A stretch of 64,000 bases of DNA. It comes from Lingula anatina (lineage: Eukaryota; Animalia; Brachiopoda). Each line of letters begins with the position of its first letter. Position 1 is the first letter of the stretch. Shown here piece by piece: positions 12,201-24,699 of the stretch. The DNA lies in contig CM120640.1 of the NCBI GenBank assembly GCA_051362555.1, positions 13,206,001 through 13,270,000 of the forward strand, written 5' to 3'. The notes beneath the pieces are model-generated. The model was given only the letters and a program-made list of their open reading frames with translations. It had not been told where the DNA came from and made no database searches. The translations under genes were made by a program, and so were the position numbers.

Positions 12201-15200
12201 TTCTACACTAATTATAGCATCTCAAGAGAATAAAATTGTATGCAAATGTCACATCCTGTGAATAACATCAGTAAATATTTTAACTGATCACTGTGTATTT
12301 ATTAACATATCTTATTACAATCTTTAACTGCTATGAAATACTACTTTTCTGCCCTAATATGGGAAAGATAAAATCTGACCACACTGACTCAAATTATTTC
12401 CACAAACTATCTTTATCTACAAAGGAAAATGACAATTGAAAAAGGTTGCAAAATAATGAGAAATAATGACTTCCAAGTGAAAAATTATAATTGTGCCTGA
12501 ACAAAAGTTTTGCACCAGAAATAACTTAGATATTTACTGATGATTAAGACACAATTTATGGTAGGCATTTCCAGTATGGCTCAGTGTATTTCAATTAAAC
12601 GTAAACCTGCTTCTGCACACAAACTGTCATAAGTAATAAAATAAAAATAAGAAAAAAATAATAATAATGGCAATATACTTTAAAAAAAAAACTACCAGAA
12701 TTTTATTTTGGTATAAGAAAATAAAAATTAATTTTCTGTATTTCACACTGATAGATCTGCAAAAACCAATCACATTACAGAAAACATTTCATATATCTGC
12801 ATATACCAGTAAAAAGGCAGCCAATGAGCTGCCATGTGCCCACCTGGGGCTAGCACTGCTCCACACAGTTAACCTAGCTGAGTCAGATAGGGGAAAACCG
12901 TCACGACATTATGGCTGCGGGTGACTTGCCCTTTCAACTGACATCATTCTTAACCTCTGTCCACTACACTGACTCCTTGACCAATGGTATCTTTTTTTTA
13001 TAAACATGAAATACTTTTAATTAAGAGTGGTGTTTTCTTTTGTTGCACTATCAGTTTTTTTGTTAGGAAAGAATTTGAAAAAAGTCAGGTAGAACATGCA
13101 GCTACATGTAAATCATGTTGCAGTAGTACCATTGTTAAAATTACAATAAAGTATTCAATGGCTCAATATTTTTTGCTTGTCTGTGGATGTGATAGTGACA
13201 TCCATAAAACTTTGGCTACATGCTTATCAGGGAGCATATGTTCCATTTAAAAAGATAATACCTGAATATGATTTCAACTTTTAGTTATTTGACTTTGACA
13301 AAAATTGTGCTGGAGTAACTCCAGCTTCCGGTAGCAGTAAATGAAGTACATTTGGAAAAGCCATGTCTGCCTTGTTTTCACATAAAAATCCCCACTTATC
13401 ATATATACATGTTTTACATCAGATTCTAAAAATGCTTTGAGAACCCAAGTAAAAGAGAATTAGTATCTGCCTAGGATTTTTTCACATATAGCTATATTAA
13501 ATGACACATTCTCTCCAGTCAAATTCAGATAAAAAATAATCATAGTAAAATTCAAAATTCATTTCCTAAATTGTGGCTGAACATTCTGTCAATCATTTTT
13601 GGAAGTGGTGAACCCCTCACACAAAATTCATTTGGCAGATGAACATGCTCAGCCTCTTCCAGCCGGCTCAACATGTGTCATACCCTCCAACAGGCCAATC
13701 AGAGTTCAGATCATAAACAGTATGATTAACCCATCAACATGTGGCTATTTAAATAAGAAGGGGATTGCTGGTTTGTTCTTTAAACACCATTCACTGTTGA
13801 GATTCACAGAAGTTGCAGACAAATCTCAATGAAGATGGATTTATTGCAGGTAATTATATAGGCCAGTACAGGCCATTAATGACTTTATAATTAAATTTAA
13901 CAACTGAAATTAAGTGTAACAGCTGAGGAAAATGGGACCAGGTACTGTACATTTTTAATCAAAGGGGATATTTATAGTAGGGCAATGGTTTTGCTTTATT
14001 GCTTTGATTAACTAAATTGTATGTAGTCACACATAATTTATATCAAGTACAAGTTAGTAAATTTTTACCATAATTTGTCCACCCTTCATAGTAAATATGA
14101 TTTATTGGTTTTATAAATGGATTTTCCCCTTCAATTGTAATTTTTTATCATATAAAATATGAACGAACAAACAAGTTACAAGACTAAAACTATGTCAAAG
14201 TAATTCTCCTTTTGCTGCAAAGTAACCAAAAAGTATTGAATATACAAATGCAATTTTTCAAAAATCATTAGACACGATTTGCTCTAGCTGTAAATATTTT
14301 TTCAAACCTATTTTTTCTCAAAATATTCAGACCTGCAACATTCAGAATAACTGTGTTTCTTAATACAGGTATATCAATTGAAGACTTTTTTCACATTATG
14401 ATGTCAAAAACTGTAAAAGAAAACCCTCTTTTAAATCTCAGAAATATTCACATTTTCTGATTTCAGTATCATTTCATTGCTGCCATTACCATTATTACAT
14501 CAAATGGAGCAGTTCTGCCAGTTACAGAGAGGAAACACAAAGTAACCCTGGGCTTTAAATCTCTCCAAAAGTCTAAACCAGAGAGCATGTATGGACTTCC
14601 TAAAATTGTGGTGCCTGAGCTTGAAAAAACCCTTGCTACAAAATCCCAGAGCAACATGTCAAGTATAAAGGAAGATACCATTCTCCAAGGCGAATTTCCT
14701 GGACAGTTTTTCACCCCTAAAGAAATCAGGGCTATGAATAATGTGTTGAATAAAGCTAACCTGATTCAAAGTAACAGGAAGAAAAGAACATTGGACTCTG
14801 ACATTTGTTGTAGAACGTAAGTTGGCACATTTCATATAAATAGTAATTTATGAAAGAAAGATATCAGGCTGTCTAAGGGTTATTCAAAAGGTTGCCAATA
14901 TTCTGTGCCATACTATGTGAATTAAGCTAAAATAGGCTGATATGTAAAACTTGTGACACAGATCATCCTCTGACAACCCCATGACAGGCATTGTCCAAAT
15001 AATAAGTTAAAACTTCTTAACTTATGAAACATCAACATCAGATAACACAATTTAGTTTTGACCAAAAGTTTGGTGAACATTTTTGTAATGTTGCGAAATC
15101 TTTATTCACATCAAGAAGCTCAAAAGAGAGAAAAGTTTTGGATAGGTGCTATTTGATGGTTGGCATTTGCATATGTGATATATTTTTTTAAATTTCTTTA

Positions 15201-18200
15201 AGAAATCTGTGGTTTGGCTCTGCACCTGAAAGTATGAAGGATTGGAAGGGAGAGGGCCCATACACCTTTCTCAAGGGAGCACAGACCTTTCAAGCCTATG
15301 CCAGAGGAGACTGTGGGGCAGAGAATCCGCAACCACCGTAAGTTCCTTTTTACTCTCTGAAAAACTCTCCATAATTATTCTGGCTGGAATGTTTGTATTT
15401 ATTCCAAGCCAAACACTAATATACACTATATACAGTTAATTTTGATACAGCTACTTAGACTTTATAAACTCTGCTTGATAACATGTAATCATTAAGACTC
15501 AGGAGCATAAATCATTACTTTAGAAAATATCAAAATCATGACAAGGTAAAATATCTGCAGAGCAGTGGTACGGAATTTTCACTTTGTGACAGGTAAAAAT
15601 TTGTCAGATACCATTCTAACAAATTTTTCTTAAAGAAATTTAAATAAATACAAGACCTCTAGTCATCATTCAGAAACAAAATTAGTAAATATTTGAACTT
15701 CTTATTTGTTTGTTACTGTTATTATAAACCAACTTGATACATTTATCTTTCAATGGCAAAAGGTTAAGTCCTATAGAAAGCTATCAAAATTAACAATATG
15801 GAACTGACACAAAAAACCAGCAGCTATGAGCACTTTAGATGACACCCATGACCATAAGACAAAAGAACAATGCTGTTCATTTAAGTCTTTTCATGGATTT
15901 GATTACCAACATACTGTCACCAACAGCTGGCAGCCATGGTAATAACTAGGACCATTAAAACTACTGTCAAAAGAGATACAATTCCCATTGTGACTAATAT
16001 GACTAATCTTGTGGCTTTTTTCATCTTATTTCACAGCTGCCCCGAAGGAGGAACATGTCGACAGAAACAGCGCCTACACTTGCTCTGGGTGGAAAGCAAA
16101 ACTGAGCCTGGTAAAGCTGAGCTGAAGTACTTCTACATCAACAACCACTGTGCATATGAAAGTCTAACATACACGGCCTCCATAGGACAAAAGCCTGACA
16201 TCCGGCTACCTGTGGCTCAAGCACTGACCAGTGGTGACTCTGCAGGTCTTGACACTTTGCGGACACTGTATCCAAGTTACCCTGGTCTGCCTTGACTTAT
16301 GTGAGAGAACCTAAAAAGCCATTTTGTCTCAAGTTGGTATCTCCTTAAGTACTACTACTAGCCAGTTCATCTTTTGGGCTGCACCTTGTTAGATTTTGTA
16401 GATATCCAAAGATACATGTAGGCTGCGTTTCTAAAGTGAAGACAATTCAATGTTGAAAAAAATTGGATGTCTCAAAACTCTAACCATACAAAGCAGAAAG
16501 TATAATGTACAGCAGGTTTTATTTCAAGTTTAGGAAAACAGATTTAGTCCCAAATTATTTAAATTTTGTTACCCTTACCCTCTTCACAAAAAAGTTGCAT
16601 TATCCAAAAAAGAAAAAAACACATTAATTACTTTGTACGCAACTTGTTAAGTAGCCAATGAATAACACTTACCAAGAAATGTACATGGAATGTATTGGCG
16701 AGGGGTATAAATTCTTTCTTGAAAGCTTATCAGTGCTAGGGAAGAAGGGTTTAGGAAACGGATTTCATCTAAGTATGGTTAGATGCATCTCCTTCTCATC
16801 TAGACTCACTAACATTTCAAAAATTTAGCTATGTAGTACTCATTCATTCAAGTAATTACACTAGCATTATCTTTTCTGGTCATTAAGAACAGCACTGTAT
16901 AAGACTGTAAACACTTCCGTGTTCTGGATGTTGACTGCAGTGTCCACAGTCTAAAAACCTTGGCTGCACTCCATCCACTTCTTTGCCCAAAGCTAAGTTT
17001 CTTGCAGGTGGCAGTTATGACGCTATGAGAAATTGACAATCATGCCAAGACTCACTCCAGTAAAATTTTCTTTAGCCAAAAAGATGTACCTTACCTCAGC
17101 CAAATCAAATAATTTTGTTCATATCAATGACAGATGGACTTTAAAACATAAATAAAAGAATTGTTACATTCTTCATCAAAATCAATAGTGCCTAGCTAAC
17201 CCCCTGGAAATATCCCATTTATTTATTTCAACACAAGCCCAGAGCTGTGACCACAATGACCTATATACAGTGTCAACTTGACTTTAATCAATATAACAAT
17301 GCTCTTTAAAAACTTTTTAATGCATAATGAACTACCTCAGTCTGCCTTAAGGTAGCTAGCCCAGCCAATATATATCCTGGCAAATCATCTACATACAATA
17401 AGATGTGAATCCAGGGGTTTGCTTATTGTTTTATTGTCATTAGCTTTTTCATAGCAAATGATGTAGTTGACCTACATACAAAAACCCATGAAACCTGGGC
17501 TTCATTACAAGGGCTACTAGAAAGGAAAACAGTGTATTATCAACTTGAAAAAAAAATGTCACCTTTGGTCAAAAGGTGATTTAATCTGGTGTGAGCAAGC
17601 AGGCAAATAGTAAAACAAGAATAAGTATGGGTTTTGCAGGCCAGAGTTTAAAGACCTTTGCCTGACTGGCATAAATCTTAGGCTATGTTAGGCTATGTTA
17701 GGGTAAGTAAACGTCATCTTTATATGGGCTTGCCCAAAGCAGTAAAGACATTTTTTGTACATGCACATTATCTGAAATTATAGTAACCAAAGTGCCTTGT
17801 TTACCTTTGGTATTAAAGTAGATATGATGATGAACCTCCAATAAATTGACATAAGTTTCTAGTACAGGTTTACAAAATGTAGGGAAAACTAACATAATTA
17901 TTGTTTTTTTTTCTTAAGACATCTGTTATGCAACCCCATCTTGTTAATATATTGAGTAACCAGCAATCCCTGTAAGATTGCACAGAATAAAGCATATATG
18001 AGCTCTTTAATGTATTGTTTTTCAAATAATAACAAGTAAACATATACAAGTACATCCACATACACATATGGAGAGTCATAAACGCCACAATTGTCTAATC
18101 CCAAGGGACAGCTGGTCTCTTTTGCCACTCTCATTGTAGTAAGTGAGTAATATATATACAGTCATCTGGCAGGACCAGCACCTCATTATATCTACAACAA

Positions 18201-20974
18201 TCTTGTATGTTTTTTGTAAATAAATGTCTTCATGACTAAACAGTTAAAATGCCTCAGAGTATCATTTGCTTATGTACACTGAGCCCCAGTCATCAACGGG
18301 GAACACACCAAGGTATACTAAGTGCATACTAATAGGTCTTGTTGTGTTAATCACAAGCTTTACAGTAGTTATGAGCCTATTTACAATGCACTTTAGTACA
18401 GGTGGGTGGGTGTAACCAGCAGTAGGTTATTTTCATATTGCAGGTTGTGAGCAACAGTCAAATATTTTTATATTGTTTAATTTTACTTTTGATTTTTGTG
18501 GTATCTCCTCACCTTATCAAAAAATATTAAGGACAAAATGCTTTAAATTTCATATTGTTTTATATCGTTTTTAGAAAATTCCTAAATTTTTTAAATCTGA
18601 TAATCAGTTTCAAGTTATGTCACAAGAGGAGTCTATCTTAAACAATTAACAATTTTTTGTCATAAGAACATAATTGATTGCAGATCTTCAAACAGGTAGG
18701 TTGTACAGGCAGGTGAGTTATTATACACTTCCTCACAGAAAGAGCCCTTACCTGTCTGACACCAATTAATTCCAGAAAGTCCATGGTCAGTGTTGCACCA
18801 ATCAGGAGAGCCCATGCAACTAAATGAATCAGGAAGAAAAAAAGCCAGAGTGTGGGGCTTTCTGACGTATCTATGTACCACAGGGCATAGTTAGGGCTCT
18901 GCCAGAGGAGCATTAGGACCTGAAGTAAAAAGAAATCCAAATTATATCTCCTGACCCATTTTACCTTGAATCTGTTATTTTGTAATAAAACACCTCTGTA
19001 TTTAACTGTACATGCACCTGTAACGGAAATATTAGAGATGAAAACTTCCTGCCTCTATTTTTGACTTTGTTTTTTTTTTCCTTAATCTGGCACGTTATAT
19101 CTTGCACAGTATAGTACAGGATATATTCACTTTGCCAGATATACAGGAAACATCAAGCCAGTAACTAAGAAAAATTTAACTAAATGCACGCAATCTTGGA
19201 CATAGATGTTTATCTTCCAGGCTGCGTTGCAAAAAGACCTACATGGATGCACTCCATATTTCCTTTAAATTCCTTCTCTAGAGACTGATAACATGCAATC
19301 AAAATATCAAACTTCAGGCTCTATTTCTATAACTAATAAATTTAAAGGGTTAGAACAAACACACCCAAAATATAAAATACAAATAATTCATTCTATCATT
19401 GTAACTTGTACTTTAGAACCATCTCCAATAAAAAACTATACACTTATTTTGATATTAAACACAGATTCCTTATATTGATTGGAATGCTTAAATAATCATG
19501 TAGGAATTGAGTATTTTGCTACCAGAATAAGGGGGATGGGATATCAGTGAAAACGTTTTACAGGAACCATTAATTTTAATAAAGAACCTTGTTGTGTTTT
19601 TCCTTCCCTTATCATCACAAGTTTCTTTTTTTTCATCTTAACATTGCCATTTCTTTAACAGAGACTGAAACGTTAGAGGTAAAAAAGATATTTACATAAA
19701 CACTGTTCAATTTAGCAAAGTTATTGGGGGTGGAAGGGGGTGGAAGTGATTATACCATACTGTAGGCAAACAATTAACATTCTAAAGTTGACATTTAAAA
19801 AATACCACCAATGGGGTCAACAGGAAATCATTTTGTCAACCTATCATATTCGTGTGTATTTCACCTGTAGAGTAACTGCGGTCAGCACATTATAGATGGT
19901 TCTGTCTATCACAGCCAGACCCCAGCCATGCAACAATCCCTTCCACCACGACTGTGCCAGTAGTGTGTGCTGCCAGAAGAATAGGTTCATCAACAGGTTG
20001 TCCACAAGAAGGGGAAAGAAGATTGGCTCTTCCTCTGAAGTATAAACATTCAAGAATACTGTATCATGTACTTTACACCCAATTATCTTGCTGGTTTACA
20101 AACCTGGTGTGAGAGATACCCTTATGTTCTAACAGTCATTCATTTTATGAAAATCATGGATGTAGATAAAAAAAAAAACTTGTCCATACATGTACAGCAC
20201 CTGGTGGGTCTGTTACAGTAACTAAGGAAACAATCTTACATGGTCACAACTTTTCTTGCAGCTACAGTAGTGAACAAAATGTGTGTGTGTATGCCACTCA
20301 TATATTTTATTCAGTGTTGGTCTCTCTAGAGTCTATGACAGACAAAGGGAAAAATAAAATGTCCCATATTATCAGGGACAGCTGAGGACTTGGGACTCAT
20401 AAGTATCAATGACCGAAAATTGAAGATAAAAATAAAATGTTACTCATATATATATATATATATATTATTCCTTGAAAGCTGAGGGCAACACTAACTACAA
20501 ATGTACTTGTATATATTTCCTGAAATTCCATTTAGTTAATGCTGTTTTCATATTAATTGACCGATCAAGGTGTCAGCATAGCACAAAGATCTATGCCTTG
20601 ACACTAGCTCCTACAGGCATTCAAAGTTCCTGTCACCACATTATTTCCCAGAAAGGGTGCTGACACATTGAACTTCTTGCTCAGTTGCTGGATGACAGCC
20701 GAGCATGTATTAACCTGCTAATTCACCAACCATCAATTTTACCCTGTCGTGGCCTTTTTTACCTAGCGCACCTATTTGACCTGCTATATCGTGTTCCAGC
20801 GCTGGTAGACTTGTGATAGAATTTAGAAAAGCAGGTGCGTGTACCTTCGGTGAGGAGAATTCCCCTTTGCGTAGACAGGAAGGCGACGAATTGTGAAGTC
20901 AGAATGACGGTATAAGTAACGGCCAGAATGGAAATAAACCAAAAAGCAGCCATGCTGCCAAACTGCACCGTCAT
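9252..20974 (-). CDS. NRM: Nurim (nuclear envelope membrane protein), 4 exons, ~254 aa
   Basis: Exons 20974-20845, 20034-19865, 18919-18752 and 9548-9252 join in frame (765 nt). Nurim motifs: LFFWQHTLLA, DRTIYNVLTAVTLQVLMLLWQ, DFLELIGVRQ|VYY, RLYKHMRHP, LWLHPVMSYSRFILA. Confidence 0.93.
11021..11056. repeat. 36-bp palindrome (15-bp arms) flanked by ACTAG direct repeats; possible transposon footprint or micro-MITE
   Basis: actag|CTTGGACATAATAAC-aaattc-GTTATTATGTCCAAG|actag. Confidence 0.6.
11272..11462. mobile_element. piggyBac-like MITE (~190 bp, long imperfect TIRs)
   Basis: TTAA|CCTATGGTACTAGCAGGATC ... GATCCTGCTAGTACGATAGGG|TTAT. Inner arms GAGGGTATTCTCACTAAATTGAATTCA and TGAATCCAATTTAGCGAGAATCCCCTC also pair. 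A TTAA target and CCY termini are piggyBac hallmarks. Confidence 0.7.
12879..12899 (+). promoter_or_regulatory. Adjacent AP-1 (TGAGTCA) and kappaB-like (GGGGAAAACC) sites ~0.9 kb upstream of the nested cystine-knot gene
   Basis: Consensus matches inside a locally GC-richer block; function not shown. Confidence 0.35.
13695..13753 (+). promoter_or_regulatory. CCAAT box and TATA-like box (core promoter of the nested gene)
   Basis: GGCCAATCAG at 13693-13702 and TATTTAAA at 13746-13753, ~80 bp before ATG 13829. Confidence 0.55.
13829..16295 (+). CDS. Secreted prepro cystine-knot protein, Spaetzle/neurotrophin-like, ~254 aa, nested antisense in nurim intron 3
   Basis: Exons 13829-13849, 14467-14816, 15203-15337 and 16037-16295 are all GT-AG and phase-consistent (765 nt). 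Signal-like N-terminus MKMDLLQYHFIAAITIITSNGAV, a pro-domain, furin site RKKR, then the mature region TLDSDICCRTNLWFGSAPESMKDWKGEGPYTFLKGAQTFQAYARGDCGAENPQPPCPEGGTCRQKQRLHLLWVESKTEPGKAELKYFYINNHCAY. Confidence 0.8.
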
Positions 20975-21303
20975 TTTAGCCACTAAATCGTTATATTAAT
21001 CAGCTAACTCAGCAGTCAAAACAACGTCTGGCTTTGAGACGAACACCGGCAGGGAAGCCGACCTTTACCAAGACAAGACTCACTTTGTTATTCAAATTGT
21101 AAATATTCATCGGGCAGATGAATTGATAATCTCTCAAAATATTCATTTTTTTAGAAAATGTTTAATTTCTGCTTTTACGAATGTTATTTTTGGTTACTTT
21201 TCTTGGGTTTACCTAACCTTGAGAGAGGATCGTCTTGTTTAATAAAATGACCTTAGAACTTTAGTCTGTCACTGCCCTGTAGTAGTACGGCTGATTGTAT
21301 ACA
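20975..21303. promoter_or_regulatory. Bidirectional promoter region between NRM and PTGR3
   Basis: Only 329 bp separate the divergent ATGs (20974 on -, 21304 on +); CpG is locally more frequent. Confidence 0.7.
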
Positions 21304-24300
21304 ATGGCAACAGTTCGCATTCCAAGCCATTTGAGAAAACTGGTGGTGCACAACATTACAAACAAGTTTCGAGATGCTGTAAAGACGGTCTCCGTCCAGA
21401 TACCACAGTTAGGGCCTACTGACTTACTGGTCAAAACAAGGTACTATGCTGCTGGCTAATGTAAACAGTCACTTAATTGTTGGTTCAGTGTGAATTAAGA
21501 CACTATACTACTAGATACAAGAAGACAATAAGTGCATGAAGTCACATGTACCACAATGACTGGCAAATATATCTCTAGACTTCACCTAGTTAATGTTTAC
21601 AGCAGAGGTTTCTGAATCAATAAAAAAAATCATATGAAAAAAAATTAAACAATAATTAAAAAAAAAAAGATATACTACATTCATTGTATTCACAATAATT
21701 TCAGGTTTGTTGGAATCAATGCATCGGACATAAACTACACTGCTGGTAAATATGATCCCAAGAAAAAGCCACCATTTGATGCTGGATTTGAGGTAACGTA
21801 ATCTGTTACATGGTACAGTGCTACTGGTAGTATACATGTAGCTAGGTCACTGTTTTTAGTTGATTGATCTTTTTTTAAACATTTTTACAGGAACTTGTTT
21901 ATGGGACTTTTAGATTTTACAACAACGTACATAATTTGCAGAAAAATATGACTTTATGATTTTAATATGTTCACAAGTAATTTATTTTTAAAGTAAAATG
22001 AAAAGCCCTTTGATATATAAGTAATTTAAAGATGTGAAGTCATTGTACCAGTGATATAAAACTGAGTGAAATAGATTGTTATGCAAACTTTGATTTGCCA
22101 AAATGTTTTTGCATGTTCATTTCATCCTTGCAGGGTGTTGGAGTAGTTGTTGGCATGGGAGATGCCTGCAAAGGCTTCAGTCTTGGGCAGCCTGTAGGCT
22201 ACATGAAATATGGATCATTTGCTGATTATGTGGTTGGTGTGTGTTTGATGTTGAATGAAAACCCAGTGACTAATTAACCATTTTATGGCATAGAAAGTGA
22301 CCAGATTGCAATCTGTATTATGTGTTTTATTTCTGAATATTTGAATAGATTTGACATATAGTTATTCTATAGATATTCATGGATGATGGATCTTGGTGAA
22401 ACTTACAAATGAAATATTGTTATAGATTTTGAATATCTGATTGTGACTTAATTATTGAATGATTTTTACAATGAAAGGTCCTATCAGCCAAAACTGTCTT
22501 CCCACTGCCAGAAGCAAAAGCTGAGTATGTGCCATGTCTAGTTAGTGGGTTGACTGCTGCTGTCAGCCTGGATAAGGTTGGAGAAATAAAGTCGGGGGAG
22601 ACAGTTTTAGTGACAGGTAAGTCTATAGTAACAGACTCCAGATATTTATGTCTCTTTTGTCTGCCTTTCTATAAACTTTTGCCATTCTAGAAATTTTTTC
22701 TCCTCTCTTAAAATGTTTGTTAGAAAGAAATAAAGGCAGTTGAAATTATCATTAACTCTCCTGAATTTAAGTGATATTTAAATGAGTGTATTGAAAATTC
22801 TGGGGAATGGTTCTGTACAAGTATTTTATATATGTTTTAAACTTCATAATGCTGATGATATTAATTATGTTTTTGAACTTAAATATATTTCAGCTGCCGC
22901 TGGGGGCACAGGACAGTTTGCTGTATGTAACTTATTTATTATTTATTTTTTAATATACTAATAACAAATCAAACATTTTTAAAAGAAAAAAAAAGAAAAA
23001 TCTATTTTGCTAATTTTTTGCTTGCCTTAAAGATAAGTTTGAATATGTAAGGTTATTATGATTATATTTATCTCAACTAATTGGTTAACCTTTTCCTTTA
23101 GGTTCAGCTTGCCAAAAATGCTGGATGCCATGTTATTGGAACATGTTCTACAGATGACAAAGTGGACTTTCTTAAGGTGTTTTGTCATACATTGATTTAA
23201 TTGGAATTAATCTATAAGTACTTCTGTATTAAACTTATAGCATTATCAGTATTTTATTTCTGTCTTTTATTTCTTTCTTTTTAGTCAATATTGTTGTGGA
23301 CTGTGGACAAATGCAATTTAATTTATTGTTTATTTAATTAATTATTTTGCAGAGCATTGGTTGTGACAGGCCAGTCAATTACAAGAAGGAAAACCTGAAT
23401 GAGGTGCTAAAAAAAGAATATCCAGTAAGTATTTACAAAAATAAATTAGCATATAAACAGTCTTTGGTTAGTATTTTTTTTTTATGTCAGTAAAAATATC
23501 TCATTTACTTTGCATTGTTCACTGTTGGATTTGGCCCAGAGATGTACATAATTGTGTTGCATAATAAAAGAACAACAAAATAACAGAAATGAATAAATTT
23601 TCAAAAAATTGGGGAAAATATATTATGTAAGTAGAAAACAAGAAAATATTGTTGTAATATTTATTTTCAGAGGGGAATAGATGTTGTTTATGAATCTGTA
23701 GGAGGAGAAATGTTTAACATTGCATTAGGAAGGTAGGTTACAATAACATTCTGTAAAACGAAAACACTTGCAAATCCTGGCCTGTGTATAAATTAGTTGG
23801 AATTTTATGTAGAGATGTTTTAGTGTCAAGTTTAAGTAACATTCACATTAACATATTTTATAATTTTGTTGCTTACTTATTGATTAATTTTTGTAGGCTT
23901 GCGCTTCATGGACGTCTCATTGTTATTGGTTTCATATCTGGTTATGAAACAGATCTTGGTTTTATCCCCACAAACTTATCCACTCTGCCACAAAGGGTGA
24001 GTTTTGTCCTAGCAAACTCCATAACTAAGAAAAGTTGAAAAAAGATCTGATTGCCATTTTCAAAGAATTTTCAAAGTGTTTTTATGCTTCTGTTGCGACC
24101 ATTAACTAGCAATCTCTGTCAGTAGACAACAGTGAACAGTTTACTGTGAAACAAAATCTTTTGCTTCTCCATTTAGATCCTGCCCAAATCAGCCAGTGTG
24201 CGAGGATTTTTCCTGTTCCACCATTACCAGCATTTCAAGAACCATTTTCAACACATGATCAGTCTGATTTCAGCAGGGAAACTGAAGTCAGTAGTGGACA

Positions 24301-24699
24301 ATGGCAGACACTGGCAAACAGGACCTTTCAGGGGACTAGACTCTATACCAAACGCTGTTGATGTGAGTGAAAAAAGAGTTAAGAGATAACAATTAGTAGT
24401 TTTTTAAATAGTAACAAGTGTTCTTTTTCATTTCCAGTTAAAAAAGAAAGCTATCACTAATTTGTAGTAATGGAAGTAAGTTGAATGTGTTATCTTTACA
24501 AAAGGAGGTAATTTACAATAAATAGGTAACAAATTAAGATCTCACAATTAATAGAATATACAAAGATTAGAAATATTCAACAGATTTTTTTTTTTTTGGA
24601 TCAGAATTGCTTTCTCTTTTGTTTCAGTATTTATATTCAGGAAAAAGTGTGGGAAAAATAGTGGTGGAATTTCCTGATGAGGAGCAGAGCAAGCTTTGA
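21304..24699 (+). CDS. PTGR3: Prostaglandin reductase 3 / ZADH2 (MDR family), 11 exons, C-terminal PTS1 signal SKL
   Basis: Exons 21304-21440, 21705-21792, 22134-22232, 22478-22616, 22894-22922, ~23102-23176, ~23353-23424, ~23671-23732, ~23897-23996, ~24177-24362, 24628-24699. Motifs: [74 protein letters not shown]. Confidence 0.95.

Noticed and set aside
14780-14816. Insulin-like peptide (RKKR followed by CC)
   Set aside because: There is no A-chain CC-x3-C-x8-C and no B-chain cysteines upstream; the downstream spacing fits a cystine knot instead.
16848-17039. Extra nurim exon or transposase fragment
   Set aside because: Nurim exons 3 and 4 join seamlessly without it, and it has no recognisable motif.
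9252-20974. Nurim and its nested gene both have 765-nt coding sequences
   Set aside because: Coincidence; the exons neither overlap nor share sequence.
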